64,000 nucleotides of DNA, taken from the NCBI GenBank assembly GCA_029939595.1, contig JAOZSQ010000002.1, forward strand, positions 2,761 through 66,760, in the 5' to 3' direction. The DNA comes from Thermoplasmatota archaeon (GTDB lineage: Archaea > Thermoplasmatota > E2 > DHVEG-1). Below, in pieces: positions 49,401 through 58,638 of the stretch (within the stretch, counting starts at the first letter, position 1; the number at the start of each line of letters is the position of its first letter). Position numbers and translations under genes: made by a program. The notes beneath the pieces are model-generated. The model searched no databases and was not told the origin of the DNA. It saw only the letters and a list, made by a program, of their open reading frames with translations.

Positions 49401-50132
49401 AACTTCAACAAATATTCCGCTGCCTGAGGAAACATCAAAACTATACCAATCCTCCCAGTCATTATAATCTAAATATCCAACATGTGATCCGGTGGTAATT
49501 TTGATTGCAGACCCAATTGAATTACCCGCATCAGATCCTGAATCTGCATCGTTTTGACCCTGCAATATGACATTAAATGTATATTCGCCTGCTTGATCAT
49601 TTATTGAATAAATATTTATGAAAAACCATCCTGTTTCTCCTGCCACATTCCCACTTGGGATGATTTCTTCATTTCCGTTATATATCTCAATAACAAATTG
49701 AGAGGGGGAAACTGATGAAATAATTGTTTGACCTTCACATGCAGTGAATCGATAACAATCCGCATCATCACCCTCATCAGGATCTAATGTTCCAGTTCTG
49801 CCTCTACCTGGAATTTTTTCATTTACGGGTTCACCAATATAAACTTCATAAGATCTACGAAGTGTATCACCAGCATCGATATTATATCCAATATCGTTCT
49901 GCTCATCAGCCAATGATACGCTTTCAGAGGGTAAATATCTCATCATATCAGTTGTTTTTGTGATATCGATGGAATTTATTGATTCAGTGTTTTCAGTATA
50001 TATTTCAATTGGGTTGTATTTGTTTTCTGTATTCCTTTGAAATGATAGTGCTGTAAGTGTTGGAGTTACAAGCATGATACTGATCATTATGATGAAAAAA
50101 CCTGCCTTACCTAATCCTTTTCTATTTTTCAT
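46428..50132 (-). CDS. Large (1234 aa) secreted multidomain protein with PPC-like (pre-peptidase C-terminal) beta-sandwich domains and a C-terminal clan-CD-like peptidase region
   Basis: Signal peptide present. PPC-like blocks are DADCYRFTACEGQTI and EDWYSFDVSSGSGIFVEVKPEEESDFDIHLYNPNGE. The C-terminal His block is LISIYSGHGTGGSG and the Cys block is EIDIWSSCTTTSHFGP. The protein ends with FGDPTLQVY as in the tandem C25 genes. Confidence 0.5.
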   Translation of the reverse strand: MKNRKGLGKAGFFIIMISIMLVTPTLTALSFQRNTENKYNPIEIYTENTESINSIDITKTTDMMRYLPSESVSLADEQNDIGYNIDAGDTLRRSYEVYIGEPVNEKIPGRGRTGTLDPDEGDDADCYRFTACEGQTIISSVSPSQFVIEIYNGNEEIIPSGNVAGETGWFFINIYSINDQAGEYTFNVILQGQNDADSGSDAGNSIGSAIKITTGSHVGYLDYNDWEDWYSFDVSSGSGIFVEVKPEEESDFDIHLYNPNGEHVHSAQFYGEDILEYPADITGTWKIQIDIFPGWDESKWPDNYYLYGSGVYELELSLGGEAEAPPSLKPLQNEIIPIAQTFIINDDQESTKDEYGYLAAIPAANYIENGKRYVSPIVYQGNDIIPNWFTSIDDTTQYLLDDWNTYLDRHDLTPQEYLIPLDPIQAAADIATQHWETVDTAVLAIDGSNFEDIINIVIDQDVSLSCEKETDRFLPGDLTEFSSDFYSKTMYIGSKWAAIYLQAEGDEFAGDTMVLTPRYEAFMADWWPHDSGSNGADKDTFFPITKPGIWVPHVTDIEGLEALTVMKYSGNRHTIDVGPSDSSLKVTLSTQSESDLIAYLIDPEGNVRRPQYPHWNGGEIKPIHQWNGGHWEHDEDEYRHMIIDPHTEFSVEIHNPMQGTWTALVVPYLNLDTWDASFDGSYHIQATIREHNPNRVAAGLSAANAAVLASQKHVPLLYVNENEVPSETSNTLTELGISNIIFVNIDDVSAASPSGTVTKYSTLQDVITAIKTDSNSENVITVTSFATGDGYFGPSGMIAAFHGSPVINIAEAKDAYNTIDMYQTYREFTGDYYHGTRSLGHLPMMDEPIGMTNPPSLLDLIIYFFTNDQTLPPFGLDLKMQWLTTVYDDLHSLIDEYGLDNEGQEIYIFVSPRDTDIRDSIGRAMTGNNSYAGLIPVETTAFSSAIIVRNILYPALIYANPGKDVTTSQHMNYFTGQYDHTGNDGVRYTTYAPRDNKNSFSSFNRFYEGHCMWENFLERYNKGALISIYSGHGTGGSGISSQYKNMKEQFPLAEPYHESLYDFEWWDSWAGYSGYDERQTKTIRDQSMSIYNAEEPSLYDLIHFKWVDQLFENLHSEIDIWSSCTTTSHFGPIVYLSHGTALYAGCLGSGYTLVDDLYKTWILRDVLIKGYTLGEAFSQSHWIVNRDFTTGDPSSVYGSASFFADGISSNNVIFGDPTLQVYNPTWVEPVPILS

Positions 50133-50325
50133 TATTTTCCCCTTTTATAAATTTTTTTTGGTATTATATAGGAAATATTGCCCTATAAATATTTTAATTA
50201 ATATTTTATGCCCATTAACAAATGTATATATTAGTATTAAATATTTTTCACACAATTTTGATACATTATTACAAAAATTAATGTTTAAAGGTTCATTACT
50301 ATGTTTAAAAGTAATTACTTCAATT

Positions 50326-51204
50326 TCATGGATATATTTTAACGACATTTTTATGAATATCAACGCCCATCGAATATGAAATTGGTTGGCATTTACTTCT
50401 TAAAAAATATGCAATAGGGTGGTATGATTGTTCTGAAAAAACCTCATAATTTGCCATTCCTTTACAAATAATAAAGTCACAAGTTTTTAATTTTTCATCT
50501 AGTTTCTTAGGCATATCTTTAAAATCAATTCCCACTGCAAAGCATCCAGTATCGATTATTTCATCAACTACCTCTGAAAAATTGAGTTTTTCAGCATCTT
50601 TCCTAGTTGCATCACTTAAAATTGGGGTACCTTTCACAACTAATGTTATTGTAATATTGGGATATTGTTTTTTTATTTGTTCACAGACTAATTTATCAAA
50701 AACGATTTCACCACAGTTATCTGTGAAATATAATATATGATTACTGTTTTTAAGATATTGTTTTACAAGAGATACATCATCATATCCAAATCCTTCTGAA
50801 ACATAGTCTTGAAATTGATTTATAAACATTTCAGGATGAGAACTACCTCCATCAATACCAAAATCTAATGAATTTCCAACAATGGAGCATAAAATACTCA
50901 TTTTTAATGGGTCCTCAGAAGAAGCGATTGCCTTTTTTACTTCTGGAATTAATGAAATTGCGATTTCATTGCTTGATTCCTTTAATTTTTTATATGGATC
51001 AAAATCTTCTAATGCTGTATAGGCAGCTTCATGGACTTTTGTTGCAATATCTGCACTACAAGTATTATGTGAATATATTTCTACAAATGCTTTTGCAGCA
51101 GCTTTCAACGCTTCATCTATTTTATTGTTGTCAGATGTACTTTCATTTGCTTCAAATAAAATTCTTTTGAATAGACAAGGGACACATTCGTTTTGAATTT
51201 TCAT
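50326..51204 (-). CDS. DUF89/ARMT1-like metal-dependent phosphatase (damage-control phosphatase family)
   Basis: The N-terminal CVPCLFKRILFEA motif is characteristic of archaeal DUF89 proteins. Size is 292 aa. Confidence 0.55.
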   Translation of the reverse strand: MKIQNECVPCLFKRILFEANESTSDNNKIDEALKAAAKAFVEIYSHNTCSADIATKVHEAAYTALEDFDPYKKLKESSNEIAISLIPEVKKAIASSEDPLKMSILCSIVGNSLDFGIDGGSSHPEMFINQFQDYVSEGFGYDDVSLVKQYLKNSNHILYFTDNCGEIVFDKLVCEQIKKQYPNITITLVVKGTPILSDATRKDAEKLNFSEVVDEIIDTGCFAVGIDFKDMPKKLDEKLKTCDFIICKGMANYEVFSEQSYHPIAYFLRSKCQPISYSMGVDIHKNVVKIYP

Positions 51205-51531
51205 GGTATGATATTAGCGAAACAACATTTGCTATTAGAGCCTTCCGACAGATACTGTAGATCTGAAAGTACATATATTTAGTTATAATTATGATAAATA
51301 TTACGTTTATAAACGAATTTTGAAAATGAGAAAAATTGTTTTGCTTAGTTGTTAAGGCCAAAAATTTGGTATGTTTTTTTAAAATAGAAAATCTTGAAAA
51401 AAAGATATATATTAAAAAATCCCGATATTTACAAATGAATAGAACACATTTAAGAAAAAATTTTTAAAGGTGCATATTTACTAACAATGTAGAAGTACAA
51501 AAAAAGATATTTTTGTATTGGAGAAATATAA

Positions 51532-52785
51532 ATGAATATCAAAAGTTTAACATTCGGTATTTTAAGTATGTTGGTAATAACTTGTTTTATCGGTTGCGTT
51601 ACTAATAATGAAACAGAAACTGATGAGATTTTGAAAACATTTGTTGTTACTGAGAGTGAGAGCAAATGGATTATTGATGATGGAGCATTGCAGATGGATT
51701 TTCCAGATGACGCAATTGAAGACGAATTAACTATCGTTATAAAAACTGTTCAAGGAGGAGATGAATCGGATGCTTATATCCCAAACACATTATATTCTTT
51801 TGAACCTGATGGTACGAAATTCAAAAGACTAGTAAAACTCTCAATTCAATATAATCAAGACGATTTACCTCCAGGTATTAACGAGTCAGATCTTAAAATT
51901 GGAAAACTTATAGAAGGTAGTTGGCATCCCATCAATGGAACTGTTGATACGGATAATAATATTGTTTCTACGTTTATATGGTCTTTTACGCGATTTGGAA
52001 TGATTTGTGCAAATTCCAATGATCATGATTGGTGGGGGTCTTTTTTAGAAGTACCATCTGATATTTCACCTTTTGATATGGATGAAGTTATTGACCCTGA
52101 GGATAAAATAAAAGATTCTGAAGATGAAGGATCTTGGGATTTTGGTGATGATGAAATTATTCATTTAGATAGCCCATTTTTTTGTCATGATTCAGGAGAT
52201 AAATTTTCAGGATGGACAAAGATATCTGGTGATTGGTATGGAGTTAAGCTTGATGGACATGGAAAAATGACTAATTATTTTACTTGTAATGGTACGAAAT
52301 TTCAATATGATTCACTTGCATATAATGGAGTGTATTCTGATGTAGATTTCCTTGTTTCAACAGATCTTGACTCAGGTTCATCAATAAGTATAATTGTTCG
52401 TGGACAAATATATCCTTTAAATAGCATCGGAAATTGGAACTCATACTATAAATTAACTTTTGAATATTCATATGGACAATATTCTCTGCACTTTAATAAA
52501 AAAATTGACAAGAATACCACGACTCTCTGGGAAGATCAAGGATTTGTCCCCAACAAACAACCAACTAGTACTGAACATGAACAGGCATTTAGAGTGGTTA
52601 TGATAGATGAACATATCTATATCTATTATTCATATTTTGATCCATATAATCCCAACAGAGATTATGAGGAACTTCTTTGGTCTGGAACTGATTCAGATAT
52701 AAAAAGTGGAAGTATTGGTATCATGGGGTTTTGCTCCAGAAGTGATGTGCGATACAAGCTTTTCTGGACAGAACTTTGGTTATGA
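51532..52785 (+). CDS. Secreted/lipoprotein-like hypothetical protein
   Basis: Signal peptide ends in CFIGC (lipobox-like). The protein is acidic, W/D-rich and has no recognised catalytic motif. Confidence 0.4.
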   Translation: MNIKSLTFGILSMLVITCFIGCVTNNETETDEILKTFVVTESESKWIIDDGALQMDFPDDAIEDELTIVIKTVQGGDESDAYIPNTLYSFEPDGTKFKRLVKLSIQYNQDDLPPGINESDLKIGKLIEGSWHPINGTVDTDNNIVSTFIWSFTRFGMICANSNDHDWWGSFLEVPSDISPFDMDEVIDPEDKIKDSEDEGSWDFGDDEIIHLDSPFFCHDSGDKFSGWTKISGDWYGVKLDGHGKMTNYFTCNGTKFQYDSLAYNGVYSDVDFLVSTDLDSGSSISIIVRGQIYPLNSIGNWNSYYKLTFEYSYGQYSLHFNKKIDKNTTTLWEDQGFVPNKQPTSTEHEQAFRVVMIDEHIYIYYSYFDPYNPNRDYEELLWSGTDSDIKSGSIGIMGFCSRSDVRYKLFWTELWL

Positions 52786-52965
52786 AGATGAAATCTTTTC
52801 TTATTTTCCTTTCTTTTATAACTGTTCTATTTATTTTTTTTATTTGGGTGTAATGAGAGTATTAAAATATTAAAAAAGATCATATGATATATCATTTAAT
52901 AAATATATTAAATCTTTATTTGTAAAAAATGATAGGATTTTTAAAGTACTAGTTTATAGATATAT

Positions 52966-53400
52966 TTGGTTAGAGAGAGAAAGATGGGCCGATATCAGAA
53001 GAAACCCTATAAAAAACAATCTGTTGATCCTTTAAATGCAATTGATATTGAAAAGGAATATATTGATGCAATGAAGGAAAATGACAATAATGATATTTTT
53101 GACCAATTATTCACAGAAGAATATGAAGAGACGCCTTTTTTTGATGAACCTGAGATTGTAACACAGTTACGTCGTGAGGAATTTGAAGGAAAATTACCAA
53201 TCTTACCTGTTTCATATTTTCTTGAAAATGATAACAATGCAGAAGATTCCCCTTTGATAACGAAAATGAATACTTTACCAAAAATTAATACCAAACCTTG
53301 TTTATCATATGAAGAAACATTAGAGATTGCAAGAAAATCCTTTAAGAATATTAGCACTGAAAAAAGCCATTCAATTTCATTTATTGAAGATACAACATAA
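52966..53400 (+). CDS. Hypothetical acidic protein
   Basis: ORF only. The true start is possibly the Met at 52984. Confidence 0.3.
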   Translation: MVRERKMGRYQKKPYKKQSVDPLNAIDIEKEYIDAMKENDNNDIFDQLFTEEYEETPFFDEPEIVTQLRREEFEGKLPILPVSYFLENDNNAEDSPLITKMNTLPKINTKPCLSYEETLEIARKSFKNISTEKSHSISFIEDTT

Positions 53401-53429
53401 GACATTTCAATTTTTTTTTCAAATATATC

Positions 53430-55121
53430 TCACAATTTTTTAGATAAGTAAATACCGTGATCTTTAAAATCATGATATTTTCTATAATATTCTTTCACTC
53501 CAACGCCGCTTAATACATATAGATCCTTGCAATCAAATTCATCTTTACTTATTCGAACTGCTTCATGTAATAATCGTGAGCCAAATCCCTTATGTTGAAT
53601 GCCTTTTTCACTCTTATTTCCAATTTCAATTTCTTTTCCTACAACTTTTAATTCACGTATCATCATCACTCTTTTGTTATATAATTCAGGGCGATGGGAT
53701 GAATGGATTTCACGTAACCGTAAATATGCAATCACAGCATCATATTTTTTTATAACCATGGAAAGGAATATTTCTGTACCATCATTGGCTTGATATATTG
53801 TTTTTTTAAAATCTGGATTTTTAGTATCTATCTGTGTTTGATGTTTTAATGATAAATGCCCGATTTCTCTACCTCGTAACTCCTTAGATCCAATACCTTT
53901 TTCATCTAATATATCATCGACTAATTGTCTTAAGTTGCTCTTTTTAACACCTGACTCTATGAATTGAGCAGGAACATCACGTTGAATACGTTGAATACGT
54001 ATCCATTCAGGGATAAGTGGAATAATATCGGCGATAAGTTTTGTTGCATTAGATGAGTTCAATGGAGAAAATTGTTTTTTCTTCCAAATATCATATAATG
54101 GTGTCCCTTTGATTACTAAACATGGATAAATTTTTATCATATCTGGTTTAAAATCAGGATGAGAAAATATGGTTTCAAAAAGTTTTTTATCTCTTTTTTC
54201 ATCTGAGCCAGGTAGCCCTGGCATTAGATGGTAACAAACTTTAAACCCTGCATTTTTTGCAATACGGGTTGCGTCAATTGAATCATTAACTGTGTGACCT
54301 CGTTTGATGATATGTAATACATCATCATAGATTGTTTGAACTCCAAGCTCCACGCGTGTTGCACCAAAATCTAGGGTTTGATCAACTTGTTGCAGACGGA
54401 ACCAATCTGGACGTGTTTCAATTGTTAATCCAATACAACGATGTTTAGCAGTTTCATTTTTTTTCATTGCATTAAACAATGAATCTGAATTGGAATCATT
54501 CATTGCATCATAACATCGCTTCATATACCATTCTTGATACCAAGGATTTCTTGCAGTAAATGTACCACCCATGACAATAAGATCAACCTTATCTGTTGGA
54601 TGCCCAATACATTTTAGTTGATATAATCTAGCTTTAACTTGGTCAAATGGATTAAAATCATGCATTTTACCTCGCATAGCTGCTGGTTCAAAACCTGTGT
54701 AACTCTGTGGTGAATCATACAATGGCCCCCCGGGACAAGGAATACATTTTCCATGTGGGCAAGATTCAGGAGAGGTCATCACAGCAACAATTGCAACACC
54801 TGAAATCGTTCGCATTGGTTTCCGTTGCAACGCTTGAATTAACTGGACCTTTTTATTTTCTGAATAGGATGAGGAGATATTTGCAATAATGTCGCTGTTT
54901 GATGGAATGTCTTTAAAATGATATTTTTTACATAATTTCATTTTCCAACGATGAATATCGTTTTTATTTACCGATTCTTCTGAAAGAATTTTTAAGCAGA
55001 TTTCTTCATAAAATGTCATATCAACTGAGGAATCATCAAAACGATTACATAAAAAACTTTGCAATAAATTATTCTGATGTTTTTTGGATAAATTAATAAG
55101 GGATAGTGCATTCAGAATCAA
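53430..55121 (-). CDS. elp3: Elongator protein 3 homolog (radical-SAM + GNAT; tRNA uridine-34 carboxymethyl modification)
   Basis: The radical-SAM cluster is CPHGKCIPCPGG. The C-terminal GNAT block is QHKGFGSRLLHEAVRIS. The start is ambiguous: the track start abuts the divergent ABC gene, and the Met at about 55019 is an alternative. Confidence 0.85.
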   Translation of the reverse strand: MILNALSLINLSKKHQNNLLQSFLCNRFDDSSVDMTFYEEICLKILSEESVNKNDIHRWKMKLCKKYHFKDIPSNSDIIANISSSYSENKKVQLIQALQRKPMRTISGVAIVAVMTSPESCPHGKCIPCPGGPLYDSPQSYTGFEPAAMRGKMHDFNPFDQVKARLYQLKCIGHPTDKVDLIVMGGTFTARNPWYQEWYMKRCYDAMNDSNSDSLFNAMKKNETAKHRCIGLTIETRPDWFRLQQVDQTLDFGATRVELGVQTIYDDVLHIIKRGHTVNDSIDATRIAKNAGFKVCYHLMPGLPGSDEKRDKKLFETIFSHPDFKPDMIKIYPCLVIKGTPLYDIWKKKQFSPLNSSNATKLIADIIPLIPEWIRIQRIQRDVPAQFIESGVKKSNLRQLVDDILDEKGIGSKELRGREIGHLSLKHQTQIDTKNPDFKKTIYQANDGTEIFLSMVIKKYDAVIAYLRLREIHSSHRPELYNKRVMMIRELKVVGKEIEIGNKSEKGIQHKGFGSRLLHEAVRISKDEFDCKDLYVLSGVGVKEYYRKYHDFKDHGIYLSKKL

Positions 55122-55124
55122 CTG

Positions 55125-56120
55125 TTGAGGATCATTATGACATCAAATATTATTGAAACAACTAATCTTACAAAAACATATGGTGATTTTACAGCTGTTG
55201 ACTCTATCTCATTTTCAGTTAAAAAAGGAGAAATATTTGGTTTTCTTGGACCAAATGGTGCTGGAAAAACAACTACAATTAAAATTCTTACTACTTTATT
55301 GATGCCAACTAAGGGATCTGCCCATATTAACAATCATGATATCAAGAAAAAAAGAGATTCTGTACGACAATCAATTGGTGTGGTGTTTCAAGAACCAGCA
55401 TTAGATATTGAACTTACTGGAAGGGAGAATCTTGATTACCATGCCCGTATGTATGGAATTGAACGATCTATAAGAAAAGAACGGATTGATGAAGTTTTAG
55501 CACTTGTTGATCTCACTGATAAAAAAGATGTGTTTGTAAAAAAGTATTCAGGCGGAATGAAAAGAAGATTAGAGATTGCCCGAGGGCTAATGCATAGTCC
55601 AAAGGTCTTATTTCTAGATGAACCAACGCTTGGACTTGATGCACAGACCCGAAGAGCAATTTGGGAATATGTTAAAAAAATGAATAAAGATAAGCATACA
55701 ACTATTTTTCTTACAACACATTACATGGATGAAGCTGATTTTCTTTGTGATCGAATTGCAATTATAGATCATGGAAAAATATTAGTTACAGATACAACAA
55801 GTAATCTTAAAACAACTGTTGGAAATGATATTATTACTGTATCAACTTCTGAGGATATTAAATTTAAATCATATTTAAATGATGTCGCTTGGATTAAACA
55901 AATTGACAGTCATGAAAATCATCTTACTCTGGGTGTTGAAAAGGGAGATGAAAAAATACCTGCACTTATTGAATTAGCACAGCAAAAAAGCATTCAGGTT
56001 AAATCAATTAGTGTTCATAAGCCAAATCTTGATGATGCATTTCTTCACTATACGGGGCGCAGTATGAGAGATGAAATATCAAATAATAATACACAGCAGA
56101 ATTTTCATCATGGGAGATAA
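55125..56120 (+). CDS. ABC transporter ATP-binding protein (ABC-2/DrrA-like)
   Basis: Walker A is GPNGAGKTTT, the signature is SGGMKRRLEIA, Walker B is LFLDEPTLGLD and the H-loop is TTHYMDEA. Confidence 0.85.
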   Translation: MRIIMTSNIIETTNLTKTYGDFTAVDSISFSVKKGEIFGFLGPNGAGKTTTIKILTTLLMPTKGSAHINNHDIKKKRDSVRQSIGVVFQEPALDIELTGRENLDYHARMYGIERSIRKERIDEVLALVDLTDKKDVFVKKYSGGMKRRLEIARGLMHSPKVLFLDEPTLGLDAQTRRAIWEYVKKMNKDKHTTIFLTTHYMDEADFLCDRIAIIDHGKILVTDTTSNLKTTVGNDIITVSTSEDIKFKSYLNDVAWIKQIDSHENHLTLGVEKGDEKIPALIELAQQKSIQVKSISVHKPNLDDAFLHYTGRSMRDEISNNNTQQNFHHGR

Positions 56121-56126
56121 CAAAAC

Positions 56127-56891
56127 ATGATTCAAAATGAGATGCAGGCAATTTATGTGATGTGGCTTCGTCAGATGAAACGATTCATCCGTTTTAAAAG
56201 TAGATTGATTGCAATGCTGGTTCAACCTCTCTTATTTTTGTTCATATTTGGTTCTGGTTTTGGTGGTGTACGATTTCCAGGGTTGGAAGATATTTCATTT
56301 ATCCATTTTTTTGCACCTGGAATAATTACCATGGCAATTCTTTTTTCATCAATGTTTACTGGAATCTCGGTTTTATGGGATAAACAATTTGGTTTTCTTC
56401 AAGAGGTTCTTGTTGCACCAATCAGTCGCTTTTCAATTGTTATTGGAAGGACACTAGGAGGGGCAACTATTGCGTTGATTCAAGGTTTCATTATATTAAT
56501 AATATCGGTATTACTTGGAACCCCAATTTCAAGTGTTTCTGGATTGATCCTTGCTATAATTTTTATGATTTTAATCGCGATTTCAGCAGTTGGTTTTGGC
56601 CTAATTCTTGCATCTAAAATGAATGATTTTCAATCGTTTCCACTCATCATGAATCTTGTTATTATGCCATTGCTTTTTCTTTCATCAGCATTTTTTCCAG
56701 TTGTTGAAAACCCAACACTAAAAACAATAGCATTTTTGGATCCTTTATTCTATATGGTTGATGGGTTGAGAGGTAGTTTAGTTGGTGCAGCAAACATTAA
56801 CCCTCCTTTATACAATCTTGTAATTGTATTTTGTATATGTATTGTAATGATTGCTCTTGGTAGTTATTCATTTAATCGAAGTGAAATCTAA
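56127..56891 (+). CDS. ABC-2 type transporter permease
   Basis: Six-TM pattern. It lies 7 bp after the ATPase gene. Confidence 0.7.
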   Translation: MIQNEMQAIYVMWLRQMKRFIRFKSRLIAMLVQPLLFLFIFGSGFGGVRFPGLEDISFIHFFAPGIITMAILFSSMFTGISVLWDKQFGFLQEVLVAPISRFSIVIGRTLGGATIALIQGFIILIISVLLGTPISSVSGLILAIIFMILIAISAVGFGLILASKMNDFQSFPLIMNLVIMPLLFLSSAFFPVVENPTLKTIAFLDPLFYMVDGLRGSLVGAANINPPLYNLVIVFCICIVMIALGSYSFNRSEI

Positions 56892-56932
56892 GAATAAAGA
56901 TTTCTGAATCTAAGGATATTTAAATTATTTTT

Positions 56933-58492
56933 TTAGATCCAGGGCCAGAGATGATACCAGATTCCTTCAAGAAATAGATCAATGCTCATAGAATGAAAAT
57001 CAATAGTGCCTGATTTATCAATGTTCCAATCAATTGGTGGCCAAATCGTCCATTCTAACATGAAATCTTCTGCTTTTACAAATTCACCTTGGGTTCTTAT
57101 TCCAAGATCTGAGCCTTTAATCAACATATCGATTGTATTAAGTGGAACAGAATCTGTATCAAAGGAGAAATATCCTGAAACATCAGTATGCCAGGTTATC
57201 TTAATGTTTTCTGCAGTTGGTTCTGCATCAATTCGTGCTTCCCATTCATCAATGATGAAATCAAGGTCAATATGAAATGAGGTATCTTTTATTATGGTGA
57301 AATCCCCTGGATCAGTTAAATTCCAAAATGCTGAAAATTCAATAACCTCAATGTCTTGTATACTAAGATTAATCGTTGGATTGTCTAATGAATCAAGCAG
57401 AAACACATTAGTATCTGTTGCATCAATGTTCAGATGATAGTAACCATTTTCTTTTGATGGATCCCATTCAGCATAGAAATATTTTGGAGTATTTTTTACA
57501 ACTGCATATTTAACTGAACCCATATTATTTGATTCAATAAGTATTGATGTATCATAGTATGAGTTACTTTGGTATTCAATGACTCCACCACCTTTGGAAA
57601 ATGGCGTTATCCCTAGTGAAAAGGATACATCAGAAGGTAAAGGATCAATTATTAGATTTGTTTCAATTGGGGTATCATCGGTTGTTTTCATAATCTTAAT
57701 AGATGCCGTGGTGGGTATAGTATTTCCTTTTGTGATACTATATTGGAAAACACCTTGGGATTTGGTGGATTCAATAGTGATTTGTTTGTTGTTAACTGGT
57801 TCAAACATAAATTCATATGATTGAGTACTAGCACCATTTTTATATCTTGTAAAAAATGTTAGTTTATGATCTTGGTTACTTGAATCATATTGGGGATTCA
57901 TTTCAAATGAGATCCCTGATGTTCCAGTTTCTGGTTTGTAGAATATGAATGATGATAATTGTAGAAAACTAGGTATTTCATTTTGATTTGTTTGAGGGGA
58001 TTGGTAGCCAAGATGCATCATTCCACCAAACATATTAGATGAGAGTGTAAAAGATTGAGATTTAATCTCGTCTCCAATTCGTTCTATTGTAAGTAAAAAA
58101 CGTAATCCAATTTGAATTGAGGTTTGTGTTTCTAGCCAAGGAAGAATCAGATATTGTATTCGAATATCTTTTCCATTTATGCCAGTATTTTCATTATTAT
58201 CCACATCGAGTTCATTGAATTGACCAAACGTGATTTGAAATGATTTATCAATAGCTCCACAGCTTGTTGTAATTGTACTTTCAAGAAAAGGAATTTGACC
58301 TGGAGTTGTATTTATTCTTCTTTTTGGTAATATTATGTCTATGAATGATTTTTTTCTTTCGTGTTTTTGAGTATTGATATCATCGTTCTGAATTGTTGAG
58401 ATTGCAACAGAAGAAAACATTGTTGCAATTAATAAAACTATAATGATAAAACTGCCCAATTTTATGGTATTGTGTTTCTTCATTTTTTTCAC
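56933..58492 (-). CDS. Secreted hypothetical protein (519 aa)
   Basis: Signal peptide present. Composition is beta-rich and T/S/N-rich. Confidence 0.4.
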   Translation of the reverse strand: MKKMKKHNTIKLGSFIIIVLLIATMFSSVAISTIQNDDINTQKHERKKSFIDIILPKRRINTTPGQIPFLESTITTSCGAIDKSFQITFGQFNELDVDNNENTGINGKDIRIQYLILPWLETQTSIQIGLRFLLTIERIGDEIKSQSFTLSSNMFGGMMHLGYQSPQTNQNEIPSFLQLSSFIFYKPETGTSGISFEMNPQYDSSNQDHKLTFFTRYKNGASTQSYEFMFEPVNNKQITIESTKSQGVFQYSITKGNTIPTTASIKIMKTTDDTPIETNLIIDPLPSDVSFSLGITPFSKGGGVIEYQSNSYYDTSILIESNNMGSVKYAVVKNTPKYFYAEWDPSKENGYYHLNIDATDTNVFLLDSLDNPTINLSIQDIEVIEFSAFWNLTDPGDFTIIKDTSFHIDLDFIIDEWEARIDAEPTAENIKITWHTDVSGYFSFDTDSVPLNTIDMLIKGSDLGIRTQGEFVKAEDFMLEWTIWPPIDWNIDKSGTIDFHSMSIDLFLEGIWYHLWPWI

Positions 58493-58638
58493 CTCTTTAT
58501 CAATTATTATATCTGTTTGTCATTATCTAAAACATTTTCGATATTAACATCGACGATAAGCGTTATTTATTAAGAATTTAGAAATATTTTCTCTTGTTGA
58601 ATGCAGATCAAAAAAATAGTAAGAGATACTAATAATGT

